DNA of 63,728 nt, counting the filler, from Dicyema japonicum (Eukaryota; Animalia; Dicyemida), in assembly GCA_011109175.1 (NCBI GenBank). It is 10 parts of 10 records of this genome, joined end to end, with 100 filler letters (N's around TTAATTAATTAA, not from the genome) between each part and the next. Parts side by side here need not be neighbours in the genome. Positions count along the whole stretch, not along the records: positions 1 to 15,080 come from RDEW01000165.1; 9 more parts are not named here. The stretch is one strand, 5' to 3'. Made by a program: the position numbers and the translations under genes. Shown here piece by piece: positions 1 through 11,512 of this stretch. Positions within the stretch are counted from its first letter, which is position 1. Each line of letters opens with the position of its first letter. Under the pieces are notes generated by a model. The model saw nothing but the letters and a program-made list of their open reading frames with translations, did no database searches and had not been told where the DNA came from.

Positions 1-846
1 GTCGTCAGAAATGATTTTGATTGACGAGAGTGGTCTGTTCGGTCAAGAAAGAACCCCGTGGGTGAAGTTCGTAAAAATCAAGGTCTTTAAAGTGTTTTTT
101 GTGATTTTTTGGATTTTCGAAGGTATTTGCTTCCTTTTAGATCAAAAACCTGATGCATTTCGACATCGACCGGAAGAATATTCCTCATGACTATAAACCG
201 CGTTTTTATTGCCAAATCTCTAAAAAACACCGACAGACAGACAACCATAAAATTGTAAACCCATAAAATTGGGGCAGCAGTGGAGTTATTACTTTCACCA
301 AATTTCTACAAAATTTTGAATAAAAATAATACTTTTGTATAGTGAGGAAGAAGACTTCTCAAAAACGTGATTCGTCCGCTTTGACAGTTTTTATCAAAAT
401 TTTCCGTCGTATGACATGAAGAAAAGACTCCCGGAAGCTCCTGAATTAGATTGCGTCTTGAGTGGATATTTTGTCAAACTCGTCTATAACCTGAGGACTG
501 ACGAACGTTACGATATATTGGTTTATCGGAATCAGACATTGTCCACGCAGAAAGCGATAAACTTGTGGTGTGATAACTACAAACAGAAACTCTCTGAATT
601 CGTGTGATTGTGTATTGTGCCATCTCTATAATTTTTTTTTTAACTTTGGGAACAATATAATTTCGCATGTTTCAAACTCCGAAGAAACGGGCTCGTGCAA
701 ATTGGTTTTTATAGATTTGATGGTAGTGTTTAATCCAATAGAAAGTGATTCCTTTATTTCCTCGTCAAGAGAAGTGGGGCGTGGTTTTAAATTTCCACCT
801 AATTAGATTTTAAGATTCTAACTAAGATTGAAGAATTTCCATTCAT
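1..846 (-). pseudogene. PIP5K1: Type I phosphatidylinositol-4-phosphate 5-kinase-like gene, multiple 1-bp frameshifts, runs off the left edge
   Basis: Manual minus-strand translation across short GT-AG introns (19, 34, 27 nt) gives IKESLSIGLNTTIKS, FREFLFVVITPQVYRFLR, SNSGASGSLFFMSYDGKF-IKTVKADESRF-RSLLPHY, LLPQFYG, FIVMRNILPVDVEMHQVFDLKGSKYLR and KDLDF, collinear with the PIP5K catalytic domain. At least 5 frameshifts, mostly in homopolymer runs. Confidence 0.75.
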
Positions 847-2029
847 CTTAGTTTTTTGCAGATTTTACTAAAATTTTAAAATCAAGCGAGACCCGTATAA
901 CTAAATCTTTGAATTCGATTATATATTTATTCAAATTTTATTTCGCATTAGTAATTAATTTAAATTAATTATTCCATTTAAATTTAATTTTAATAGTATT
1001 AAATAACCAAGTATCTATATCTCTTGCAATGTGAAAAAAATGGAAAGTCAATGAATACCGAACTCTCTCTGACCATCACCTATTTCCCCTGTCGCATTCA
1101 AACCTCTGGAAACAGTCAAGAAATTTCACGGAACAGTCAACAATTTTCTCCGAATATCAATGATTCTTCCCTTGATATTTTCTATCAATAAATTACGAAT
1201 AATCTTAATATCAAAACAGAATTAGATATAATTTTCTTTACTTTTAGAGATCTCCTGCTTGGAAAATAATTCACGTGGCTCGTTGGATTAATCACGGTTG
1301 AAAATTTGACAATACCATTTCATTAGAGAATATTAAATTAGGGAATTATGAGTTTATTAGATTGAGAATACTGTGATAAGAAATCTCTAGAAGTATGCGA
1401 ATTGAATACAGAAATATTCTCAATTGTTTGATAAATGATAAGTTTGTATGCGAGATAGGCACAATCCATTTTACATTTGGTAGGCATATTATTTTCTTTC
1501 GCGTTCGTGAATTAAGAGTTTGTGAGAAACATTCTACCTTGTTGCTTACTGTTTTATTAAACAAATACTGTCCATTTTCAAACAAAACCGTAAAACCTAT
1601 ATATTCTCCCAAATATATCATTCTCTTTAAATTTATAATATTCTAACTAGAATCAGTTAGGAATATTTGGAAGAGATCCGTACCCCGACCTCCAAATCGA
1701 GCGGCACGTGCACGCTACCAATGACACTATTGGTCTCAAAGGCAAGGGAGCAAAACAGACAGACTCCGGAGGGAATCATATGGGTTCAAGTCCGAGATTA
1801 TCGGCTTATCTGCTGGTCGGGCCTACTTGGGCAAAGAGATTGTCAAGTGAAGAAACACCCCTCTGATGATCTGGTTATTCTTGGATTGGAAGATCTCGCA
1901 AAAAGGTATGGCCTCTTCCTCTCAAGTCAAGTCGAAAGACCTCGAAGCCAAAATTGACGTAAGAATCCGATTTCAAAAAAGTAGAAAAATAATTTTGTTA
2001 ACAAAAAAATTCTAAACCTCATCTAATTG

Positions 2030-3235
2030 ATATGACCTGGTTTGGGGATGCCACCTGCGTCGACTCTTTTCGGTGACGATGCTACCAAGACTGTCAGCAA
2101 CCCAAGCTCGCCAGTGCTCAGGGTAAAGTGTCAAAGAAACACAAAATACAGGTGTATTTCGGACGCTTTTGAGTTTGCTCCCATGCCTTCGAAACCTCAG
2201 GAATCGTCGGCAAGGCTGCGACTCAGCTCCTAACCGACATTGGCAGGAATATCTCCTCGAAAACAAACGATCGGAGGGAGACGGGCTTTTCCTAGGAATC
2301 TCGGTCGCTGCGCTCAGCGGAAACTGCCACTCAATACGCAGCACGCGTCGTTGAGCTGACCCTTAGGCTCTCGACTATTCTTTTAGCTATTAGCATCTAA
2401 TTTTGGTTCTTTTTTTACTTCATTTAAAAAAATTGATAAGACTAATCTGATTAGTATCAAAATTAATGAATAGTCCTGGACAAATTTTTTAGAGAAAATC
2501 CAATAGAATCTTATCTCAGATGCATGTAATTGAAACCGGAGAGAAGACCATCTCCGTCTTCTCAAAGGATCAAGTCGCTGGGCGTTTTTCTGAAGCCTGA
2601 CTTTGATTTACAATGCTATCTTCGGAATTCCTCAATTCTGATGTGACCTCCATCACAATCAAAAGGATCGGCGGGCTCTTACAAGGTAACCCTTGTGGTG
2701 CCATCGGGGTTATCTCCTCAGACTGTTCAGTTGCTTCTTTTTTTTCCTTCGTTTACGAAGAACACCTTCGAAACAAAAAACCGCCGAAACCATCTGATTT
2801 ACGTCCCGTACCTTGGAGCTCAAGACAGGGACAATTCAACTCGCCTTTACTGCAAAGTTATATCTTCTCTTTCTTCGTTTCGCGTAGCAACATGGGGATC
2901 TATGGGGTAACCAATACATATAAGGACTTCTTCACCGCTGACCGCCGAGGCAGGAAGATGTCTGCCATCGCAATTCAAAATCTCTGTATCCGGATTATCA
3001 ATGGCGACATTCTTCACAATTGCCCGGATCTCCTTTTTTGCATCAATCTAACTGCCCTAAACAACCTGATGGAAAGTCCACTTGATTTCAGTGGGAACGT
3101 CTTCAGACGTTTAGCTTCAAAGATCACTTGTTCAAGGGTCATCCCCGATTATGTAAAATATTGATGCCACAGCGACTCGGCGGATTTATGCTCCTACGTT
3201 CAGTGCACGAATTTCTTGAAGACAATACAAAGTAA
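2030..3235 (+). mobile_element. CRE-like non-LTR retrotransposon fragment (N-terminal part of RT), degenerate
   Basis: ORF 2613-3164 has GNPCGAIGVISSDCSVA..KKPPKPSDLRP and LTALN..GNVFRRLASKITCSRV, followed in a shifted frame by MPQRLGG..VHEFLEDN. These match the pre-RT and RT domain 1-2 motifs of CRE-clade elements. The 2030-2350 portion is assigned more weakly. Confidence 0.65.
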
Positions 3236-3244
3236 TTTTTTGCT

Positions 3245-3415
3245 CCCGACTATCTTTTCTTACATTTTTACTATAAAGTAAATACAATATTTTTTCATCA
3301 TCAAGAATAATATTTATGATTTTATCCATCGGTATCAATTTGATTTTCACGACACTGAAATATTAGAATTGGATGGAATCAAAAATTCATAGAGTAAGAA
3401 CGGTTTACAGACTAA
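3245..3415 (-). pseudogene. HP1-like gene fragment (chromoshadow exon), truncated by the transposon at 3427
   Basis: Reverse complement is similar to 7740-7890; translates KLIPMDKIINIILDDKK, like LTQIDKIINIIRDNEN of the full copies. Confidence 0.55.
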
Positions 3416-3426
3416 ACACCTTTATA

Positions 3427-4424
3427 TACCATTTCTCATACTAAATGGGATTAATACCAAACTAAGTGGAATCAATAGAAAACTAAGTGGAATTAGCAGA
3501 AAACTAAGTGGGATCAATGTCAAACTAAGTGGGATCAATATCAAACTAAGTGGGATTAACAGCAAACTAAATGGGATTAATAGCAAACTAAATGGGATTA
3601 ACACCAAAAAAATTATCCTTGTTCAAAATTTTATGTTAACCATATTTAGTGTGTCAGCGATATTTCCCTGTATTCCAGAAATAAAGCTTACACAATCTTT
3701 AGATTTAATTGTTTTTAATCCATCTCCAATTATTTTTTCAAGTATCCGTGCTCGATACTCTTTAATTGACAAACCTTCTCCTTGTTGAATAAAATATTTG
3801 GTTTTCAGAGCAGAGAGATGTCTCTTTTTTACGTGAGCCTTTACTTTTGACCATACATTTTCGATGGGGTTAAGCATTGGACTGTACGGACCGAGACGAA
3901 GAATATTAAAATCATTAAATTCTTCCAATCGAAGAACTTCTTCGATACCACTGTGAGCTGGTGCATTGTCCAACACCATAATAACTGGACCACCATGTTT
4001 AATCCGTGCTTGCTTCAAACAAGTTTTCATCCATTGATAAGCTGCTCTTTTTAAAGGCTCCCCTTCGGATTTCATATTGTTTGGTATTAATCCATTTAGT
4101 TTTCTATTGATTCCACTTAGTTTTTCTGCTAATCCATTTAGTTTCTATTGATTCCACTTATTTCTGCTAATTCCACTTGGTTTTCTATTTTTCCACTTAG
4201 TTTTCTGCTAATTCCACTTAGTTTTCCGCTAATTCCACTTGGTTTTCTATTAATCCCACTTAGTTTTCTGCTAATTCCACTTAGTTTTCTATTGATTCCA
4301 CTTAGTTTTCTGCTAATTCCACTTGGTTTTCTATTGATTCCACTTAGTTTTCTACTAATTCCACTTGGTTTTCTATTGATTCCACTTAGTTTGGTGTTAA
4401 TCCCATTTAGTATGGGAAATGGTA
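3427..4424 (-). mobile_element. IS630/Tc1-like D(35)E transposon, internally deleted, with long arms built from 21-bp repeats
   Basis: TA target duplication (3425-26, 4425-26). Terminal inverted repeat TACCATTTCYCATACTAAATGGGATTAAYACCAAACTAAGTGG at both ends. Arms are made of CTAAGTGGAATCAATAGAAAA units. ORF 3623-4075 has MVLDNAPAH..LGPYSPMLNPIENVWSKVK with 35 residues between D and E. Confidence 0.9.
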
Positions 4425-4466
4425 TAGATCCATGAACGAAGGTTATGTATTATATAATTACATCTA

Positions 4467-5700
4467 TACCATTTCCCATAATAAATGGGATTAACACCAA
4501 ACTAAGTGGAATCAATAAAAAACTAAGTGGAATTATTAGAAAACTAAGTGTAATCAATAGAAAACTAAGTGGGATTAGTAGAAAACTAAGTGGAATCAAT
4601 AGAAAACTAAATGGGATTAATACCAAACAATATGGGATTAATAGCAAACTAAATGGGATTAACACCAAAAAAAAATTTTGTTCAGAATTTAATGTTAACC
4701 ATATTTAGTGTGTCAGCGATATTTCCTGTATTCCAGAAATAAAGCTTACACAATCTTTAGATTTAATTGTTTTTAATCCATCTACAATGATTTTTTCGAG
4801 TATCCGTGCTCGATACTCCTTAATTGACAATCCTTCTCCTTGTTGGAATAAAATTTGGTTTTTCAGAGCAGAGATGTCTCTTTTTACGTGAGCTTTTTAC
4901 TTTTGACCATACATTTTCGATGGGATTAAGCATTGGACTGTACGGGCCGAGACGAAGAATATGAAAATCATTAAATTCTTCCAATTGAAGAACTTCCTCA
5001 ATACCACTGTGAGCTGGTGCATTGTCCAACACCATAATAACTGGACCACCATGTTTAATCCGTGTTTGCTTCAAACAAGTTTTCATCAATGACAAGCCTG
5101 CTCTTTTTTAAAGGCTCCTCTTCGGATTTCATATTGTTTAGTATTAATCCCATTTAGTTTTCTATTGATTCCACTTAGTTTTCTGCTAATTCCATTTAGT
5201 TTTCTATTGATTCCACTTAGTTTTCTATTGATTCCATTTAGTTTTCTATTGATTCCATTTAGTTTTCTGTTAATTCCATTTAGTTTTCTATTGATTCCAC
5301 TTAGTTTTCTGCTAATTCCACATAGTTTTCTATTGATTCCACTTAGTTTTCTGCTAATCCTAGATTTGAGATGCATCGATTATATGTATATTCGACCCTT
5401 TTGATGCAGCAGCTAGAGTAGTGCATCTTGTTCCTTTTAGTGATCTTCTTTCTGTCCTGCTGATATGGAGATTAAAGTTTAAATTCCTTTCTCTTGATTT
5501 TGTTAATTTCACAATTAGCTTTTTCAGGCTCGAATCTCAATTTCTTTAATGTATACAAACTTAGATCGAGATGTCGAGCGATACTTGATTTTGATATTGA
5601 TAATTGCGGAAAATGTAATTCAAATTTTTGCTTTATTCCATGAAGGGTAATTTTGTTATCGTCTTCAATGCGATATGAAAAATCGACATGTTCTTATTAT
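4467..5700 (-). mobile_element. Second copy of the same D(35)E family: left arm, C-terminal transposase, internal 21-bp repeat block (5135-5360), then N-terminal transposase half
   Basis: TA + TIR at 4465-4467. 4690-5130 is near-identical to 3623-4075. 5360-5700 translates IEDDNKITLHGIKQKF..ISKSSIARHLDLSLYTLKKLRFEPEKAN and NFNLHISRTERRSLKGTRCTTLAAASKGSNIHII, upstream parts of an IS630/DDE_3 transposase. Confidence 0.8.
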
Positions 5701-5709
5701 CTTTTTCTA

Positions 5710-5980
5710 TACCATTTCTCATACTAAATGGGATTAATACCAAACTAAGTGGAATCAATAGAAAACTAAGTGGAATTAGCAGAAAACTAAGTGGAATCAA
5801 TAGAAAACTAAGTGGAATCAATAGAAAACTAAATGGAATTAACAACAAACTAAATGGAATCAATAGAAAACTAAATGGGATTAGCAGAAAACTAAGTGGA
5901 ATCAATAACAAACTAAATGGAATTAGCAGAAAACTAAGTGGAATCAATAGCAAACTAATTGGGATTAACACCAAAAAAAA
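5710..5980 (+). mobile_element. Solo left arm (TIR plus ~11 x 21-bp repeats) of the same family
   Basis: TA at 5708-09, then TACCATTTCTCATACTAAATGGGATTAATACCAAAC and the repeat array ending GGGATTAACACCAAAAAAAA like the other left arms; no matching right end seen. Confidence 0.8.
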
Positions 5981-6065
5981 TTTGAAGGATTACGTTTATT
6001 ATAAATAGATAGTATATTTCGATCCAGCCAATACAAATGCCACGTAAATCATTGGAAGAGAAAAA

Positions 6066-6330
6066 TCAAATTTACAATCACGAAACTTCAAATTGCAACC
6101 GCCAAAATTCAAATTTACAAGTACAAACTTCAAACTGCAATTGAAAAATTTAAATTTACAAGTACGAACTTCAATTTGCAATTGAAAAATTCAAATTGTT
6201 AAGTACAAACTTCTAATTGCAATTGAAAAATACAAATTGAAAAGTACAAAATTCTAATTGCAATTGAAAATTTTCAAATTTACAAGTACGAACTTCTAAT
6301 TGCAATTGAAAATTTCAAAATTTGAAATTC
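6066..6330. repeat. Tandem array of ~41-bp units (about 6 copies)
   Basis: Unit approximately AATTGCAATTGAAAAATTCAAATTTACAAGTACGAACTTCT, containing the palindrome AATTGCAATT. Confidence 0.85.
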
Positions 6331-6384
6331 AAAATTTCATTTTATCAAAATATTATTTATACTAACTGTAATCATATTATCGGC

Positions 6385-7240
6385 AACTTAAGAACAGTTG
6401 TCTGCATCTTTTTTTAAACAACAAGGAAAAAAAACAAGATTTGTTAAATTAACAATCAAAAAGGTCTTCACCACGAGTAACTCTGGGATAATATTTTTCA
6501 ACCCGGTTAACAAATCCCATCATTTTTTCTGGTGTCAAAACTTTTTTTTGCGTCTACTACAATTTCTTCCAATATTCTTAGCCTATATTCAGAAATTGAA
6601 GGACATTTGGAGTTTTGTTATAATTGAGAATTATTGACATCTTTTCTTTTTGCATTTTTTTTACTTCTGCTTTAAAAGTACTCCAGGCTAATTCAATCGG
6701 GTTTAATGAGTACGAAATATGGAGCCAATCGTAAAGTTCAATATTTTCTACCTGCTCACAACTGATTCCAATTGCCTGTGAACAGGAGCATTGTCAAATA
6801 TAAAAGTAAAAATCTTGTACGGATAAAGAACTACATTCATTAATTAATTCTTTTATCCATTTTTACATCCTCTCCCTGTAAGAACCTCTTTGCATTGAAA
6901 ATTAAGCAATGTTGAAGCAGACATAGCACTCATACAATGTAAGTTAGAGCCTCTCGAATTCGGAGTTATAACAAAAGAACGAGTTCTTTATTTTCAAGTG
7001 AATTTACGTTGGCTACTATTGGTCGACAGGTTTTGAGAGAAATTAATTCCCCATCAAGCCAATTTTTTACTGTTGTAAGAGACACAGACATTGAATAATT
7101 ATTTCGTATTTTCTCTGCACATTCTTTCAAAGTGATCTGAGGATCAACTTCAATCCAACTGATTAATTCATTTATAATTATTTGACTTTTTTTTGAATGT
7201 CATAGAGACTTTCAATCTCCAAAACGTTCATGTGTTTCAA
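6385..7240 (-). mobile_element. Degenerate IS630/Tc1-like transposase (different family)
   Basis: Fragments INELISWIEVDPQITLKECAEKIRNNYSMSVSLTTVKNWLDGELISLK, FIFDNAPVHRQLE and LNPIELAWSTFKAEVKK, with frameshifts. Confidence 0.75.
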
Positions 7241-7244
7241 TTAT

Positions 7245-7581
7245 TAACAAAATCAAAATTCGCCAAATAAATTAAAATCAAATCGTTCTAAAAATAGAAA
7301 TAAATAACATTCGTAAAACCAATCATTTTTCTGCCAATGTGAGATGTCATCTTATGTTAATATTTTAGAGTTCTGATACCAAATTGACACAAATTGATAA
7401 AATAATAAATATCATTCGTGACAATGAAAAAATATTCTTTGAAGTGAAATTGTATTTAGTTTATAGTTTAACTTTAAGGAAAAACAGTCGAAACCATCAA
7501 CGGATGCCGTTGGAATCTCTCCGAAAAACATGCCCAGTGCTATTAATTAATTTTCTGATTAGTCAAATCAATCTTAATTAA
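7245..7581 (+). pseudogene. HP1-like gene, 3' half only (hinge + chromoshadow)
   Basis: Highly similar to 11760-12090, including both introns; the chromodomain exons are absent. Confidence 0.75.
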
Positions 7582-7739
7582 TATAATTTAATATTTTTTT
7601 GGGTTAATACAGTTCTTTCCTTTTTTCTAGATCTAATTATATAATACATAACCTTCGTTCATGGATCTAGATTTTTGATAATTCTTTAAATCCCATTAAA
7701 ATTTGACATATTCATAAATTAAGGCCCGTTAAAAAATTT

Positions 7740-8010
7740 AGTCTGTAAACCGTTCTTACTCTGTGAATTTTTTGATTCCATACAATTCGAATATTTCAGT
7801 GCCGTGAAATCAAATTGATACAAATTGATAAAATAATAAATTTTATTCATGAAAATGATAATATTTCTTATGTGAAATTGTATTTACTCTATAATAAATT
7901 TACAAAAAATTGGAGACCAGCAAAAGATTCGATTGGATTCTCAACGAGTTCAGTCCTATTAATTAATTTTCTGATGATCAAATCAATTTTAATTATATGT
8001 AATTTGAAAT
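7740..8010 (+). pseudogene. HP1-like chromoshadow-only fragment, more diverged
   Basis: LIQIDKIINFIHENDNISYVK, then a degenerate version of the last exon ending VLLINFLMIKSI. Confidence 0.6.
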
Positions 8011-8214
8011 CTTTTTGGTCATAAAATTCTTTTCTTGGATAATGAATTCTTTTCTTTTTTTTCACATTTGATTTTCTTTATTAAAATTGTCCATTATCTT
8101 AAATGTTTATTTAATATTAAAAACAGCTAATAAATTAAAATAGATGAATAAGTATAATTATAGTAATATTTTTTAGAAACAGATTCCGATAATTAAGAAA
8201 ATAAGAAGGGAAGA

Positions 8215-8755
8215 GGTCACCCAGCCCCTGCGGATAGAATCGCCTGAACATCGCTTTGGACGAAATCGGTTGGACTCAAGGAAAACTCCCCGTCAGGTTC
8301 GGAGGATCGGCCTCCGTTCGCCTAAAGACCTGGCGCCGCATGCCCACTTCTCTTCAGTTTCCAGGAGCCGTCAGCTTGCCCGAGAAGTTCTCTTCAACGA
8401 ACTCTCTCTGGATTTCCCGGCTGACGACCTGCAGGAATTTTGGACCGCCGCCAACCTCCCAATCCCTTCTGAGATGTCCAGACAGACGGATTGAGACGAG
8501 ATCTGGGCAGAACGCTCTTTTTCAATGCTAAAGCCCCTACTGGACCAACACCGCCTGACGTGCTTGCTCTCTGCAGCACACAAACACAGTGGCTCCTTGC
8601 TCGACGCATTCCCGTCGGCGTCAACGGGCTCGTTGTTGAACGACGAGACCCTCCGGATGGAGCTGCTCTCCGGTTGGATCTTGACATCTTCACGCCCCAT
8701 CGGTGTCGATGCGGAGGTGTGGTGGATGTGAAAGGTCTGCACCCCCTCTCGAAAA
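8215..8755 (+). mobile_element. CRE-like retrotransposon, post-RT region to the Cys/His motif
   Basis: LDEIGWTQGKLPVRFGG-IGLRSPKDLAP, LLSAAHKHSGSLLDAFPSASTGSLLNDETLR and HRCRCGGVVDVKGLHPLS across frameshifts. Confidence 0.8.
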
Positions 8756-8789
8756 AGCCCGGGGGGTTCCAGTTGAGCTGGAATGCTGC

Positions 8790-11390
8790 AGAGTCTAGGG
8801 CGTTCTTAATGATTCCGTGCTCGATGACGAATGTCAGGAAAGTTATTGGATCGGCGAGCATCAAACGAGATATTCTCCAGAGTCCTCTTAAGAACAGTTG
8901 ACTGCATATAAGCCTGTAGAGCAGTGCTTCCCGATTCGTTTTGAGTTCGCACCCCCAAAAATTTTAAAAGCCAACCTGGCACCCCCATTTTTAAATCTAA
9001 CAGAGAATTTTATTTAAAAAATCATTTGAAAAATTATTTACGTTCCTTGAGATTTTTCTTGCCTTTTAGTCTTAATTAATTCTTCGAAAACGCGGATTAA
9101 CAATCATAATTAATTCTCCATCTTTTCCATTTTGAAAACAAATGGATTAACGATCCAGGTATCAGAATCTTCAATATTTCCGAGTAGAAAATATCCATCA
9201 AATGAATTTTTTAAACATTCCAGATGATTGTTGATTTCTTTTTATAGTTTTATCAAAAGTCAAGTCGGAATCAATAGCACCTTTATCCAACGTTGGAAAA
9301 TTGGCAAAATTATTATCTTGAATACGGAGATTCCATAACAAAAGTTTATTTCTGAAGGCATTTAGATCGTCAGAAGCATTAATAATGTTTACCCCTTTCC
9401 TTGAATTGAAAGATTCAACTCGTTAAGGTGATTGAAAATGTCAGCCAAATACGCCACAAAAAATAACAAAATCTTGTTAAAACACGACCTCTTGAAAGCC
9501 ATCTAACATGAGTATGATACAAAAGAACAGTGGCGTCAGCATCATAATCAATACATAATGCTTTGAACAATCTATGATTCAAAGCTCTTCCTCGAATAAA
9601 ATTCACTATTTTGACGCATGAATTTAAAACATTTTTCAACTTAATAGGCAAGGACTTTGATACAATTACTGATAGTTTCTTGTTTCGGAGAGCGAAGCGA
9701 GCTGCCGAGCTAGTAAACAAAAAATATTTTAGAAAGAAATTAATTTAATGTAAAAATCAATATGAATGGAGATTAATTAATTGATATAATCATTATATCA
9801 ATTAATATTTAAATGGTTGAGACCCCTAGGGGTACGCGTACCCCATTTTGAGAACCACTGATATAATGAATAAAAATTCACTTGCAAAATACACTTTATC
9901 CAGGATATTTTACCAGTAGTCAATTTAATTAATCTTCAATAAAATAAAAACGAAAATATTATAAAAATAAAACATTGATTGGATGAATATTCAATTTTTA
10001 ATTTCTTTTCTTACTGGTTTCTATGAATACCACAAATTCATAAATAATTTTTTTGACCAATTTATCATTTCCAAACAAGGAGCCCAATATAGTGTCCGAG
10101 CATGTTCATTAATTGCTCAAAGTAAATTGATTGTTTCAGTCTTGAATATTCTTTCAGTACAATTTTCATTTCCTCGTTAATATTTTTTGAGTACATCTTT
10201 TTTGACTTGTTTGGTATTCATATTCACATTCCTATATGTCCCAACTTGGAAACTCATTAGCAACGTTTGAATAGCTAACTTTATTCGATTACTTGAAAAA
10301 AACATTGATTGGATGAAATAAAACATTGATTGAATTGATTGGATGAAATAAAACATTGATTGAATTGATTGGATGAAATAATAAAATAAGAATTAACAAC
10401 AGTAGCTCAACACAAGAAAAGAATATAACGTGTTAAGCACGTGAATAATTTATCGTATTCAATTCAAAAAATTACAAAATTCGGATTATTGAAGTTTCCG
10501 GATTATTGAAGTTCGGATTAACGAGGGCTGATCGTTCAGGCACCCCCTAAAAATTTTAGGCCACCCCTAGGGGGTGCGGGCACCCCCAATCGGGAAGCAC
10601 TGCTGTAGAGACTTATCAACAACCAACTGTTTTAAGTACCCCATGTGGGAATTTAGTGACCAGTCATTCCCATGTCATCACACACAGAATGACATGGACT
10701 TTACATGGGTGCATCAGCCCTAGCTCGTTTGCAAAAGGTCATTCTTCCTCCTTTTCTCCACTTCCACTGTCTGCAAACGATCTACGAACGTGATGCCCCC
10801 GCAACAATAGCAATCTCCCCGGTGACCTTATCATGAACTTCAATATCGGGTTTTTTGTCCTGGATAACAATCGAGGTGCGTATTGGGGTATCCATTTTGC
10901 ATACCTTAATGGACACTTCGAGTTCTCAGACATACCGATTCAACTCGATGGGTTCGCAACTTTCTGGACAGCTTCTAGCCATACTTATTGTAGAGCAGTA
11001 GATGGAAGGACCTCAGCACCTCGTTATGCCTCCATGTGTAATCATGGTACAGAATACTCTTGCACATCGTGGCTAAGTGGTAATTGTTCATCGCTTTCCT
11101 TTTACAGTGGATACACTTTTTCCGTTGACTATTGAAAAATTCATATCCTGCAAATATGAAAATAACTCTCCTAATCGGGAGAGATAATCCCATACTTCAA
11201 CCACGTTGATGACGATGATATGTCATTTTGCGGGTTGTCTAGACAACTAAAGAGAGTCTCGTCAATGACTTTTAAGTTGATATTTTTATTAGGGATTCCC
11301 TTTGAAGTTTGATCAGCTCCTTTACATTAACTTGGGAAACACCAAGACCATACTTAGCAGACAGGTAGCCTTTTATTGTCCCAGGCTGTA
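8790..11390 (-). mobile_element. R4/Dong-like RLE retrotransposon 3' fragment, interrupted by a hAT element at 8922-10602
   Basis: CIHCKRKAMNNYHLATMCKSILYHDYTWRHNEVLRSFH and ANELGLMHPCKVHVI; removing the insertion restores GYLKQLVVDKSLQAYMQSTVLKRTLENI. Confidence 0.8.
8922..10602. mobile_element. Non-autonomous composite hAT (Buster/Charlie-type) element
   Basis: TIRs CAGTGCTTCCCGATT / AATCGGGAAGCACTG with a perfect 8-bp TSD CTGTAGAG (8914-21, 10603-10). Internal transposase fragment (ORF 9415-9720: VNFIRGRALNHRLFKALC..LLYHTHVRWLSRGRVL) and a second hAT terminus (TTGAGAACCACTG) ending at 9860. Confidence 0.9.
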
Positions 11391-11512
11391 TAACCCGCGA
11401 TTTTTCAAAAAGCAAATTATAAATGAATTCCGTTTAAATATATTTTAAATTTTAATTTTTTATAAAATGAATAACAATTGATTCAATTTATACTGTTTTT
11501 AGTTACTCTCTG

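Noticed and set aside
1690-1800. Minus-strand PLRPIVS (Penelope-like RT motif) and a plus-strand GGTTCAAGTCC T-loop-like sequence
   Set aside because: Both are short isolated matches, with no flanking PLE motifs and no cloverleaf pairing.
3422-6008. ORFs of repeated LIPLSFL or SGINRKL heptads as leucine-zipper or membrane proteins
   Set aside because: They are incidental translations of the 21-bp transposon arm repeats, open on both strands, and bounded by TIRs and TA duplications.
3450-6330. 21-bp and 41-bp arrays as CRISPR
   Set aside because: The units are head-to-tail with no unique spacers, there are no cas genes, and the context is eukaryotic.
8371-8864. Minus-strand ORFs 8371-8742 and 8394-8864, and similar antisense ORFs such as 45297-45680, 30615-30959 and 63348-63575
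   Set aside because: They are shadows of GC-richer coding sequence on the opposite strand (CRE, R4, Hsp110, geminin).
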